From Halocafeteria seosinensis (Eukaryota), in the NCBI GenBank assembly GCA_001687465.1, contig LVLI01000035.1, forward strand, positions 124,001 to 188,000: a stretch of 64,000 nucleotides of DNA. The letters are read 5' to 3'. Positions 1 through 11,222 of this stretch are shown piece after piece; positions within the stretch are counted from its first letter, which is position 1, and every line of letters begins with the position of its first letter. Both the position numbers and the translations under genes were made by a program. The notes under the pieces were generated by a model, which saw only the letters and a list, made by a program, of their open reading frames with translations, was not told the origin of the DNA and did not search any database.

Positions 1-1157
1 ATTATTATTTGGGTAGCAGAGTGACACATCAAGTGAGTAGCGCGTGTCATATGTTAGGGTGTACTGGACACAGTAACTAACTGTGCTACAAACAGCCGCT
101 GTACAAAATCACAGGCGAGGAGTCACTACGTTCCCGTAGGAGACTTCGTGTACTGTACATTGAATATGGGCTAATATAACTACGCCGTCATGGATATCGT
201 GCCAGTATTGCAACTCAACTGGTATAATGCTCTGCTTCATCAAAGATACCACGGATCTCTCCTGCACCTTGCAGTCCTGGCCACATACGTCGAAAATCAC
301 ATTTCGTAAGAAGGAGATCCGTGTACTGCATGTCATAGTATAGTGACGAACATCCTCTTCCGAATAGGTAAGGCTTTGCTTCGCCGCACACTCTTCAATG
401 CAACAGAACAGCGCAGATCGCTCAGCCCATCACTCTTGCGGTTGGGAATCCTGAGCAGCTCAAATCCTTTTTATGTTTCATATACTTGCTGTCGTACCGA
501 TATGTAATCATCTTCGTTAATTGGCGGAAACTTCTCATTGCAAAGACACCCCGTTGAATCCTACCTGGTAGGAATCCATGGCTTCATTTCCTTTACGTGG
601 GGAATGAAGTGCTCGTGAGGTATGCGTGCTTACTGACTGCATCGTTTTTGAGTCCCGCAGTATTACCTGTCTCTGTATTGCACAAGGCACGTTGCGTATG
701 GGAGTGACACACTCTCAGAGTGTTCGCGTTAAGTAGACGATAGTGGTGGTAATTCCCGGATTGAAGTGAGGGGGACTCCAGCCCAGGGCGGGAGCCGGCC
801 CGGAGGGTCGGAAACGTTTCGACAGAGAAGAAAAACTGTCACTCTACCAGTGACTCTGGCAGTGGGGAGAAACTGCCAGCGTAGCACACTAATACATTTA
901 CAAAGTGTTGATAAGCAGATACACATTCCATCTCAAAGCAAAACCCTGTACACACATTTTTGTTATTGGAGTGAAACCAAGGAAAGAAGGTGTGTGTCCG
1001 GGAGATTGTGCCTTGTCTTTTGTGTCCCTTCTGTGCTGGGCGCTGTCCCTTTTTCCTCCTCTATGTACGACACTAGAGCCTTCTTTCTGTACTATGGAGC
1101 TGGTTTCCCTCATAAACGCATTTTGGTATCTTCTGTTGACCGCAGAGAGTAATAACC

Positions 1158-4100
1158 ATGAAGGGCTCCCACTCGCTCTTCCTGTGTGGGCTAGTCAACG
1201 TGACGCTGCTGCTCCTGGCCACAACTAGCGCGGAAGCCTCCGACTGCTGCCAAATTTCAGGCGGTACACTTGTTAGCTGCGAAGATTGTGAACCTGGTGT
1301 ATTGTAAGGATATATGTATGATAGTTGCTCATGCTATTAGTGTACTAAGCAAAGATGCATTGCAGGAAGCTCAATAATCTGGGCATCACTTCAATCACTG
1401 ATGGGGCGTTCTCGCACCCCAGCAACTTGGACCTAACACAGCTGTGAGTCTGCAGGACAATATATGGATTTATGGCCATGTTTGGATGATGTCGTAACTA
1501 CAGGCAATTGAACGATAACTCTTTGACAGAGTTAAGAAAGGAGATGCTTGAGGGACTAGGCAACCTTGTTCGTCTGTAAGGCACATACGTTTGGCGTGCA
1601 TCATGCTTGATTTGCTTTAAATAAGTTGGGATATGGGTGGTTCCACAGCTTTGTCAACCGGAATCAAATTTCAAGTATTGATGTCGACGTGTTAGACATG
1701 ACTCCGAAGCTAGCGAGATTTGAAATGGAGTTTAATGAGCTAACCTCGGTACCTGCTGAATTCCTGAAAAGGAATGTTGTGAATGCATTGACCTATATGT
1801 AAGTTCTATGCATGTTTGTAGAGTCTCCAACACAGGGTTTTCGGAGAATCTACGCTTTTGTTATACGTACTACAGTCGTTTCGATAACAACAAAATTGGA
1901 GAGCTAGACCCTCACTTCTTTGAAATTGGGGAGAATGACAAGTTCTTGACCCTGTAAGTCCTCGCTTGCAAGAGTTCACATCACATTCCTGTAAGATACT
2001 GTACCATATCGGAAACGGGGACGGCGTACGTAAATGCTGTGCAGAGAGTTTCATAGTAACGAGATTGAGTTTTTGTGGAGAGGCAGTTTCAATAAGATAG
2101 AAAACGTCGCTGAAATGTCAGTGGGAGGTTTCTTTCGTCATTCGTCGGGCGTGGTCGTAAACCGATTCTGACCCTTCGCTCTTACACGCAGAAATCTCGG
2201 AGGAAATCCAGGAGTTGATCAATGTGATCCGGCGTTTGACAGTAATCCTCCGGCAGGATTTGATAACGTGGAGCATGAGACTCAAACTATTTCGAACGAC
2301 CAAATTAGCGATCTAGATGTCCCTTTTTGTTATGCGGATTTTCGAGCACCAACTCCTTCACCCTCAGCGAGTCCATCGACTACGCCAACGTCTTCCCCTA
2401 CCGTCTCCCCAAGTGCCAGCCCAAGAGCCGAGATCGGCTGCTGCGTATTTTATGATGATGTGCTGCTGTATTGTGACTGTCCTGGTGTAGAATGCCTGTA
2501 CGTTGACCAGTGTAACAAAATAGGCACGGTGAAGCACACCCCTCCACTTGTTGGATATGCGTGTCCTCTGCAGAGATCTTAGCTCGTTGGGAATTCGGGA
2601 GATCCAGGATGGTGCTTTTGCTGCTCCATACAACAACCGAGATGTCAAGAGTCTGTAAGTGGTGGTATTGAGGTCTTCCTCTGTCGACGCATTTTGCAGG
2701 GGTTTTCTATGAGTGATCCAGAAACCTTGGATCAAACGAAGTCGAGCGCCTTCAAAACTGCGTGTTTCAGGGTCTCTCTTCCCTCCGAACCCTGTAGGTT
2801 GCCTTGGTGACGTGGATGAAACTGTATGGCAAACGATAAGGTCGATTGGACACGCGCAGATCTTTGGCTCGAAACGACCTGATATACATAGAGGAAGGGA
2901 GCTTTGCAGGACTTTCGAATTTAGTGACATTGTAAGTAATGGCAGGTTCGCGTACTCGTGCAAAGATGTCAGTGTTCATTTGCTTGGTCCTTGCAGAGTC
3001 TTGAGTCACAACAAGCTCGAGGATATTAATCGCCGGTCATTCTTAAATACTCCTCAGCTTCGGGTGTTGTAAGTACCGCCAGTGTCGTAAACACGAAGTG
3101 CGTCCTTTGAATGTCTGAGCGCAACCGTTCTCAGATTGTTGAATGATAATAATTTGGAAAGCTTGTATGAAGATCTCTTTTCTCCTTTAGAAAAGCTAAA
3201 CGGGATGTAAGCTGTCCTGGAAAGAAACTCAAATCGTACGCCGTTGTATGAATTCCCAATCACTGAATACAGAAAATTAGATCAGAATGACATTCAAGCA
3301 CTCCCCGAAGACGTGTTCAGGGATCAAAGCCACCTAGCATATCTGTAAGTACTCACTCTAAGCCGTCAATATTCACGAGGATCGTCTGAGTTGACTTCGG
3401 GTGTCATGCTTCCAGGCACTTTGGTCAGAACGACTGCCCTCAGACGATGGATGACAATCCCGGAATGTTTGGTTGCCCGAAGATTTCTCCGCTTCATGTT
3501 TTACAACGGACGTACTTTTCGGAGAGGCCGGCCCTACGGTCCTGCCGACAATTAGAGTTTTGTTATGGCCCTGGATTGTGTTGTGATTTTCACACCACTT
3601 ACGATGCATTTTTGGACCCTCATAGAGTGTTATCTAACTGTCGTTGCAAGGGGACTGTATTGTAAGTACTCATTCTTATGTCTGCGTCACTGTCGTTGCT
3701 CCACATTTCCCCTCTACTGTGCATTTGACAGAAATCTTTCGCTCAAAAACATTGACTCTATAGCTCCAAATACGTGGGTACACGAGGATAATGGGGACTT
3801 GCTTAAGTTGTAAGTGCTGCCGTTCGTTTCTACGATGGTGCAGACGATAAGTGATTGGTATTCCAGGTATTTACAACGGAATAATCTGACGGAGTTAGAG
3901 GAGAACACGTTCACGGGACTATGTCAGTTGCGAACACTGTGAGTACTAAACACAAACGAGCATCATGATTTGTCTTTAATTGCTTCTACTAACTGAGATG
4001 GTGTCCTTCCGCTTGCTCAGATCTCTCTCAAATAATCGACTGTCAAGAATTGATGCCGGTGCATTTTGTGGTTTAGACTCCGTTCGTGGAATGTAAGCAC

Positions 4101-7100
4101 CACGTGCATTGAGACAAATGGCCTTTGCTTTCAGGTTGATAACATACAAAGCAAAACGGCGTGTCTGCAGATACTTGCGATCCAATGAGTTATCGGATTT
4201 GGACCCATGGTCGTTGAGTGGGCTGAGGAATTTAGAAAAGCTGTACGAGTCCACTTTTGGAGTTGTCTTTTTTCAATGCCTTTGTACTTGTATTGCATTT
4301 TTACTTGGTCCAGAAATATGAGAAGGAATAGTTTGCGAGGTGTGACTCGTCCACAATTATTCGGAGTGGACAATCTTGAGGCAATGTAAGTGTTTGCTAC
4401 TGACAGTTGATGCATACTGTGTCGAGTTCTCCAATTCTAGTATTGAACACAGATATTATGAACATAATGAAATTGAAATTTTGAATGAAATGGCATTTGC
4501 GGATGATGGAGACAAGATCATGTTCCTGTGAGTACAATGCATGTGAAAGGACCATATGTCACTATCAACTCATTTGGAATGTATCCTTGCATTGTTCTCA
4601 GTGGCCTTAATGACAACCCTGGAGAAGGTACTTGCCCGTCCATGCAGCTTGGAGGAGACTTTACGCATGAAGCTTCTACCATTGTTGACTGCAAGAAGCA
4701 GGTGCCGTTTTGCCTCCATCGCCAAGAAGTGGACAATTTTGAAGACGATACAGTCATTAACCATATTCTCCCTGGGGCGAAGGGGGAATTTGAACTAGTC
4801 CCGACCGATATCGATGGATACGATTGGCAAGGATACATCTTCCAACCAAAGGCCTGGGTAGAAATCACATCTCTCCTCGGGGGTGCGACAAGTGGTAACT
4901 TTAGTGCTGCCATTTTCCCAGTTGTTGAGGTCCAATCATGTCGCGGGGAGCTTCAACTCTGGGAGCTCGGCGCACCTCTCGTCATGGTGAATTTCACGGC
5001 CGAGGCAGATCCGGGCTGTATGCATGTTCCCGAGAGTTTGTCAGAACCGGTGAAACTATCCCCTTCGAAGAGGTACTTTCTAGGGCAGGGAAGACACAGC
5101 GACGCTGAGGCCAGTGGTAATCATTATGTCACAGACATGTTTACAGTTGATGATGCCATTTCATCGGATATCTTTGGTTCGTGGGAACCGACTATGGACC
5201 AGATTGGCACTGCTTCGTTTACCCTGAATCGAACGGGTCACCCTCAAGAGCTTACAGGGAGAACGGGAGAGTTGAGTGGGAGTATGCCGGTGGTCGGACT
5301 ACGCTGGAGACTGGACGAAGCGTCAGTGGTTCGCATCGTTGGCGACAACGTGAAACACGGTGGATCAGAGTGGACAGGGTACGTATTTGAAGTCGATGAG
5401 CCGATGGCTGTATCGGCATTAGAAGGACAGGCTAACAGCCCCGATTTCCAAGCAGCACTGTTTGCCGTTGATAGTGGGACCTGTGACCCTTCCGCGTCTG
5501 ATCCAGGAAGCTGCACTGTTAGAGATCTGTTGGCGTTGGTCGATTTTAGCGAATTTGACAGCGCTTCTCAGACATATTCTCCACCGTGTTTATTGTCGTC
5601 CATCCGGTTGGTTCCTGGAACAGTGTATCTTCTTGCCCAAGGCAGCATCAATAGCAGCAGCGGTGCACATTTTTTCGTGGATACGTATGACAGAGGCAAT
5701 TTGTTTCAGCAAGGTTTTAGCAGCCACTTCGTGTGGGGACCTTCCGGTAATTCAATGGCAGTAAAATACCCAGTGACCGGGGCAGGATCAAAGGTACTCG
5801 GTAAATCTGCTGATGTGACCGAAGTGAACCCACTCTTGGGACTGCGCGTGCTTTTGAATGCTCCAGAAACAGTTCAAGGACGGACTTGGGTTCCAGACCA
5901 GGTTCAAGTGGGGAATTCTAGCAGCAGAACTCCACCGGATCCGAGTTTCTATCGAGACGCCGGATTCGTCTTCAATGTAACGCAGTCAATTGTCGTGACT
6001 AAGCTGCTCGGAGGAGCTACCAGCAGGGAGTTTAGGGTAGGTCTGTTTTCGATGGATTCAAATTCTCCTTGCGGACCGTTTAGCCATCCCGGCGATTGTG
6101 AAATAGCGAATACATTGGCTAGTGTCCCCTTTGTCCAGTCCAATGATGGATACACTCCAACGTCACTAGCACATACTGTGGTGTTGCGACCTGGGACAAC
6201 GTACTACATCGCACAAGGTCGTGAAGCAGGGGGAACAGCGGGATATCATCTTCTGGCTGATGAAATGACTATCAATCCTGAATCAATGCCGACATTCGGG
6301 TTTTGGGGAGGAGGCGAGCAAGGATCTGAGACCCTCTTGTATGGCGTGGACACACCCTCCAGCACCACAGGCAAGTTGCCTCGTGTAGGTTTTGAATTTT
6401 TAACTCTCGCAGACTTGCCTGCCGTTGCCCAATTCGTTCAGGTGATCGATACACCCGAGATCAGTAACTCAGACGTTGCCGAACCTCTGAGTGGTGAATG
6501 GCAAGGGTATGTTTTCCAAGTGAGGGAGAGGCTGGAAGTAACCGGTTTACTTGGAGGGTCCACGGATTCGAATCACATGGTAGCTGTATTTTCTGTGAGT
6601 GACAGCGATAATTGTGACCCCAAAAATGTTTCTGCAGCGGCCTGTTCGTTGGAGAATATTTTGGGAGAATCACGTTTCACGGTCGAGACAGGCGATGGTT
6701 TCTTCGTTCCCGATATTCTGAACACATCAATTATACTAGAGCCAGGAACGACATATGCTATTTTACAGGGACTTGCTGCTACCTCCTCCGGTCGTAGGAG
6801 GGATCTCAGTCGTGGCAGCCCCCCAGTGTACACTCGTGACAATGTCTACGATATCCGAAGGCGTATTCTCGGTCGCGCACCCATTTCAGCATGGGGACCG
6901 GCTATGTTGGACACTGCTAACCCTTCGTTGTGGACAGGAATCAAATCATTATATTGGGATCAAATAGGGCCAGCTGAGGAACTTCTCGGGCAAAGTGCGA
7001 AAGGTCTCGTCTCCTCACTGCCGATGCTCGGTATAGACTTTGCCTCGTCCTTCTCGTGCTGGCCCAACGAGAAGGGACTTGCTGGAGATACTATGGGTTC

Positions 7101-7917
7101 GGAGGGAGATTCAGACTTATGCCCAGCAGCAAGCTGTCCCATTTGTGACCCAACAGATCCAACTTGCAGCGGTAAACAAACATGTTGCAATGCTGATGCA
7201 TCCTTTCCAGGCTGTGGGGCACCAGACCCCTGTGTGACTGACCCCTGCATTTGTGACCCAACCTTACCGGAATGTGGTGGACCAGACCCCTGTCTGACTG
7301 ACCCCTGCATTTGTGACCCAACCTTGCCGGAATGTGGGCCTGGACCAGACCCCTGTCTGTTTGACCCCTGCTTTTGTAACCCAACCTTGCCGCAATGTGG
7401 GGGACCAGACCCCTGTCTGACTGACCCCTGCAGTTGTGACCCAACCTTGCCGGAATGTGGGCCTGGACCAGACCCCTGTACTGACCCGCAGGGTAGACCT
7501 GTACCCTGCTAGAGCGCGGCAAACTGCATAGAAGCGCTTCGCACCTGTTTGGTTAAAGTGAGCAATGGTTGCAACAACGCTATTGCATAACTTCATGAAT
7601 GTGTCGAAATTGTTTGAGTGTTGGTGTCATGTTGAAGTTGAACTAGATTATTTGGAAATAATTCACAAATACAATTTGGAAACGTGTCCCGCTCTACAAC
7701 CCCTGCTACCCCTACATTTGTGACCCAACCTTGCCGGAATGTGGGCCAGACCCATACAGGGGTCGTGCTTGCGCAAATACCGGATTTGCCCCCCTGTATG
7801 ACTGACCCAACCTTGCCGGAATGTTGCCGCAGTTGCGATCCAGCAAACCCAGCTTGCAGTGGTCTTCCCCCATGTTGCACGATTGGTGGTCCCGCGTTTC
7901 CAGGATGTGATGGTTAA
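1158..7917 (+). CDS. Large secreted modular protein: signal peptide, three Cys-capped LRR blocks, four DUF4082-like beta domains, Cys/Pro-rich tandem repeats (~1,650-1,700 aa, 21-22 exons)
   Basis: ATG 1158 gives MKGSHSLFLCGLVNVTLLLLATTSAEA (signal-peptide-like). Hand-spliced GT-AG exons: 1158-1303, 1366-1443, 1504-1575, 1649-1798, 1876-1953, 2045-2116, 2192-2497, 2574-2654, 2722-2793, 2860-2931, 2997-3068, 3135-3206, 3273-3344, 3416-3661, 3732-3809, 3867-3938, 4021-4092, 4171-4242, 4314-4385, 4453-4527, then 4602 onward in the frame of the 994-aa ORF. Exons give LRRs such as LQLNDNSLTELRKEMLEGLGNLVRL and LSLSNNRLSRIDAGAFCGLDSVRGI. The 3' end is uncertain: either TAG at 7512, or an intron 7493-7759 joining a last exon 7760-7917. 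Confidence 0.85.
7222..7490 (+). repeat. Coding minisatellite of alternating 60/63-nt units (PDPCLTDPCICDPTLPECG[P]G)
   Basis: Units beginning ccagacccc at 7222, 7282, 7345, 7405 and 7468 (last one partial). Further partial copies lie at about 7715-7753 and 7801-7824. Confidence 0.95.
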
Positions 7918-8242
7918 ATTTCTGCAGGTCGATAGCGTACTGCAGACGTTCTCAGGTTTCGTGTATGCGACGCTGAGTTAACTCCAATTGGGTAGAAAAC
8001 ATTTCAGGAAAAGTTGTGGAGGTAATCGAAAACAGAAAAGTGTTAAAGTCGAATCTACACTAAAAGAGGTTTATTCTTGCACTAAACTCCGCCCCAATAG
8101 GCGTCACTGCAGAGGTTTGTACATCGTCATACAACCATCATTGCAACATAGACTGGCGCATGGAATATTCCCCAGCTACCTCTTTCATTAGTGCATCTGT
8201 ATGTGTAGTCATTGAGCATAATGCTTACCAGGAGCCGAAAAA

Positions 8243-10070
8243 GTGAGAGATCCACAGGATAGGGTGCCGCAGGAGCGTGTGCAGCGGAGGACGCTGGAGA
8301 CTCAGACACTCCTGACAGCTCCCTTTTCTACACTTCCGAAAACTGGAAAATACTCAATTAAGGACCGTGCACCACTGGAGAAGACGCGTACAAAGAACGA
8401 TGGTAAGATTAGCCCACTTGTATATTCAGTGGTTCGAAGCAGTCACCCGATTCCTACCATTCCTACCACCGTCGAATCAGATGCCCAACTCATCCAAGAA
8501 CTAGCTCGGAACGTGGGTAGGAACCGGGATTTTGTCCAACGTCGATCCCTTACAGCAGGCGAAATACGGTCCGCCTTAAGAGACTACCTTCTGCCGAATA
8601 AGAGGTTATCAGATTCAAAGGAAAGCAGAATTAGGAGCATCGCAACTGCAACAGTACAGGGAAGTGACGAAGAGACTGTAAAAATGGCACCTACGCTTGC
8701 CAAATTACTTACGGAGGAAGGACGTAGCGCAAACGTGGATGCGGCGGATAGTGATCGAAGAGTCCGCGCACAAGCAATACTTGAAATCTCTTCCCAAGGA
8801 AGAACAAAGAAAAGCGCCGGCTTTTGACCCAAACGCAGTCGATCCGCCTCATTTTGATTATGATGCTCGGTCTATAAAATCCTTCTGATGGGCTCCGAGG
8901 ACCACCCACACAGATAAGGGGACTCCCCGCTACATCTGTGACGCTGCCCACATGATTGAAAGCCCGGGGACAATGTTCGCTTTGTGGACGTACTTTACCA
9001 ATTCCAATGCATGCTGCATGGCGGCTGGTTTCCACTTATTGAATGAGTCTGGTGATTCTTTAGGGGATTTCTTTGAGAATTTGTCCTAAACAGCGTTGCT
9101 GACATTGGTTCCGCGGGGACCACTTTCATTGCAGGCGGAGATAACGGAGGTGCTAACGCTATCGCGCGCTTCTTCAAGAATGCGCATTTCTTGTGTTGTG
9201 GAGGCCATCGCGGGGACACGATGGGAAGGGTCCAATACCTGTGGGATGAAGTAGCCGCCTCAAAGACGACGGAACAGTATCCTAGAACTCGATAGAATGC
9301 TTCAGGAACTGACAGAGGAGCTAAAGCGAAAGGTGTTCACCTTCCTCCAGCAAATCAGTTCTTAGTGAAGGCTCTTCGGAGGAGCGGCGGCGTTACCTTC
9401 GGCTATTACACACGTCAACTCGTTGAATCCATGAATGAGGCACTTGAGCCTTCCCGGACGTCCCACTTTGTGCCTGCAGTGATTAAGTTGGTATTATCTG
9501 AAGAGACCGGTTCAATAGATATCAGCGGCAGCTAGACCAAGCCTTGGACAATAATAACACCTGCCGCACATGAAATTCTGTAAAACCTCAGGAAGGAAGC
9601 GGAAGATCTTTCTCCCCGGGTTGAATCGGGCACAGGGGATAATATTTTCATTGAAACCACTGGCCATACATATCGTGTGGCCCTGCGGACGATGAAGTGT
9701 TCTTGTGGTGTGCCTGACACTGATATTGTGTGCAGTCTCGAAAAACGGCATCCCGGACATTTCTCTGTTCAATCATGATTGTGGCTCGTTCGTTGCAGCA
9801 ATACCCACAAGAAGAGGAATTTCCAGTTGTCACTTTCCCCGGGCTAAGAGACTACGTGAAACCACACGGGCACAGTGATCCAGCAGACGCGAAGCTGCGG
9901 CTACCACTCAATGGCCCTTCCCCGAAAGATCGACCTCCTAAAAACATCAGAATCATGGGAGCGATTGACAGAACGCAAAAAAAAAGCGTTGTGTGCTCCA
10001 TATGCAAACTCATGGTCATAACGCACGAGGCTGCCGGAAGCGCCGTGCCAGAGGATGTGCAGCAATTATG
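8243..10070 (+). mobile_element. Degenerate Mutator-like (MULE/MuDR) DNA transposon; transposase pseudogene
   Basis: Motifs in MULE order, across stops and frameshifts: ICDAAHM...NESGDSLGDFFENL (first catalytic D, ~8940); TTFIAGGDNGGANAIARFFKNAHFLCCGGH (second-D region and CxxH, ~9120-9208); FGYYTRQLVESMNEALEPSR (catalytic E, ES.N, ~9400-9450); YRVALRTMKCSCG (SWIM-like, ~9670-9710); LP..PSPKDRPPKNIR followed by CSICK/HGHNARGC (CCHC knuckle split by a frameshift, ~9993-10035). In-frame TGA at 8886. No convincing TIRs found, so the element boundaries are approximate. Confidence 0.85.
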
Positions 10071-11222
10071 CAACCTTTCCACGTTGTATGCATTCACGCG
10101 TTAAATACGGATCCTAACTCGCCTCCTCTCATTGATGAGAAATTTCTTCTCGCACTGTCATGTCTATTTTGGGGGATGTACGAGCTTCCTGTAGCTCTCA
10201 AACCTACCGGTATTTCAGTCAGCATCGTCCCCTACCCAAGGGGTACAAGCGCGATGCGCAAAGCTCGATGCGCAGGCATTGTACCCTATTTCGTCGAAAA
10301 TCGAGCCCATCGCAGCTTCATCGCACCCCAATTTGGCACTCCTCAAGAGAACTTTTCTTTCCAGGTCTATAATAGCATGTTGAGGGCCCAAGTGTTGCTC
10401 CGGCGCACAAGTCACTGTCGAGACTGATATGGAGCATTTAAAACGTGTTATACTGGGCGTCTTTTTCCATAAGACAGGCTCATCCTCAGCCTACCAAGAA
10501 GCAAATCGAAGGGATGCAGAAGTCTTCCATCAAATTACCGCCGAAGGGCGAGAAGGATTTACAGTGTTCGGTTTTCGCTTTCGCCTCCACTTTCCTTCCT
10601 TAGCTAGCGCATAAGGCTTCGCAGGCCCCTCGTCGAGATCTACCTTAGCTTCTCTCGTCTTGAAGCAACTAATATTCACTCGCTCCCCAGGAGTCTACGC
10701 CACTATCGACAGGCAGAGGCTCAGGAATCTCCATGCCGACCATCCTGGATGACTGCTTGATCCACTCCAACGGAAGACGTTCTCGTCGAAATGCGTTTAC
10801 TGATAGTGACGGCGCTTAATGGTCTTCTAAGCCAGTGGTATTAAACCTCAGAGCGACGTTGACTGGCTTCTCCGTGAGCGCGGCAAGTGATCGGCACCCG
10901 AACTTCGGTCTAAGTAGAGTGCACTGGGGGCTCCTCGGCCCGAATGAAGCTTTTAGCCAACATACCGTAATGACGTTATTGGTTCCATAACAAATCAACA
11001 GCTTATTCTCCTCCAAATCCCTTAGTGTATCATGCTCAGGCTATTGTGAAGCTTGGCCGAGTTGCCCACGCCCCGTGAGGTATGACTTGTAAGGTGAACC
11101 GAATTTGAGTTTGTCATCTACAAACCTCGATTTGCATTGCAGAGTAGTGTGTGGGTTCGGATGGACAAAGTATAGGTATACGTGCAATCATTGAACTAGC
11201 GCACTGCTTGGAAAGCAGCAAG

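Noticed and set aside
109..1150. Short ORFs upstream of the LRR gene
   Set aside because: No recognisable domain or consistent exon chain; may be intergenic or decayed sequence.
4528..4601. Start of the 994-aa ORF given by the ORF track
   Set aside because: It begins at a GTGAGT splice donor; 4528-4601 is an intron and the real gene starts at 1158.
7222..7490. Regularly spaced repeats superficially like a CRISPR array
   Set aside because: Units are contiguous and in-frame coding, with no unique spacers and no cas genes; the context is eukaryotic.
8886..8888. In-frame TGA as a sign of recoding or an alternative genetic code
   Set aside because: It lies in a frameshifted transposon relic; intact genes in the window use TAA, TAG and TGA as normal stops.
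8105..11140. Possible MULE terminal inverted repeats (gaggtttgta at ~8112 versus tacaaacctc at ~11120)
   Set aside because: Only about 10 bp match, the similarity does not extend, and no target-site duplication is evident.
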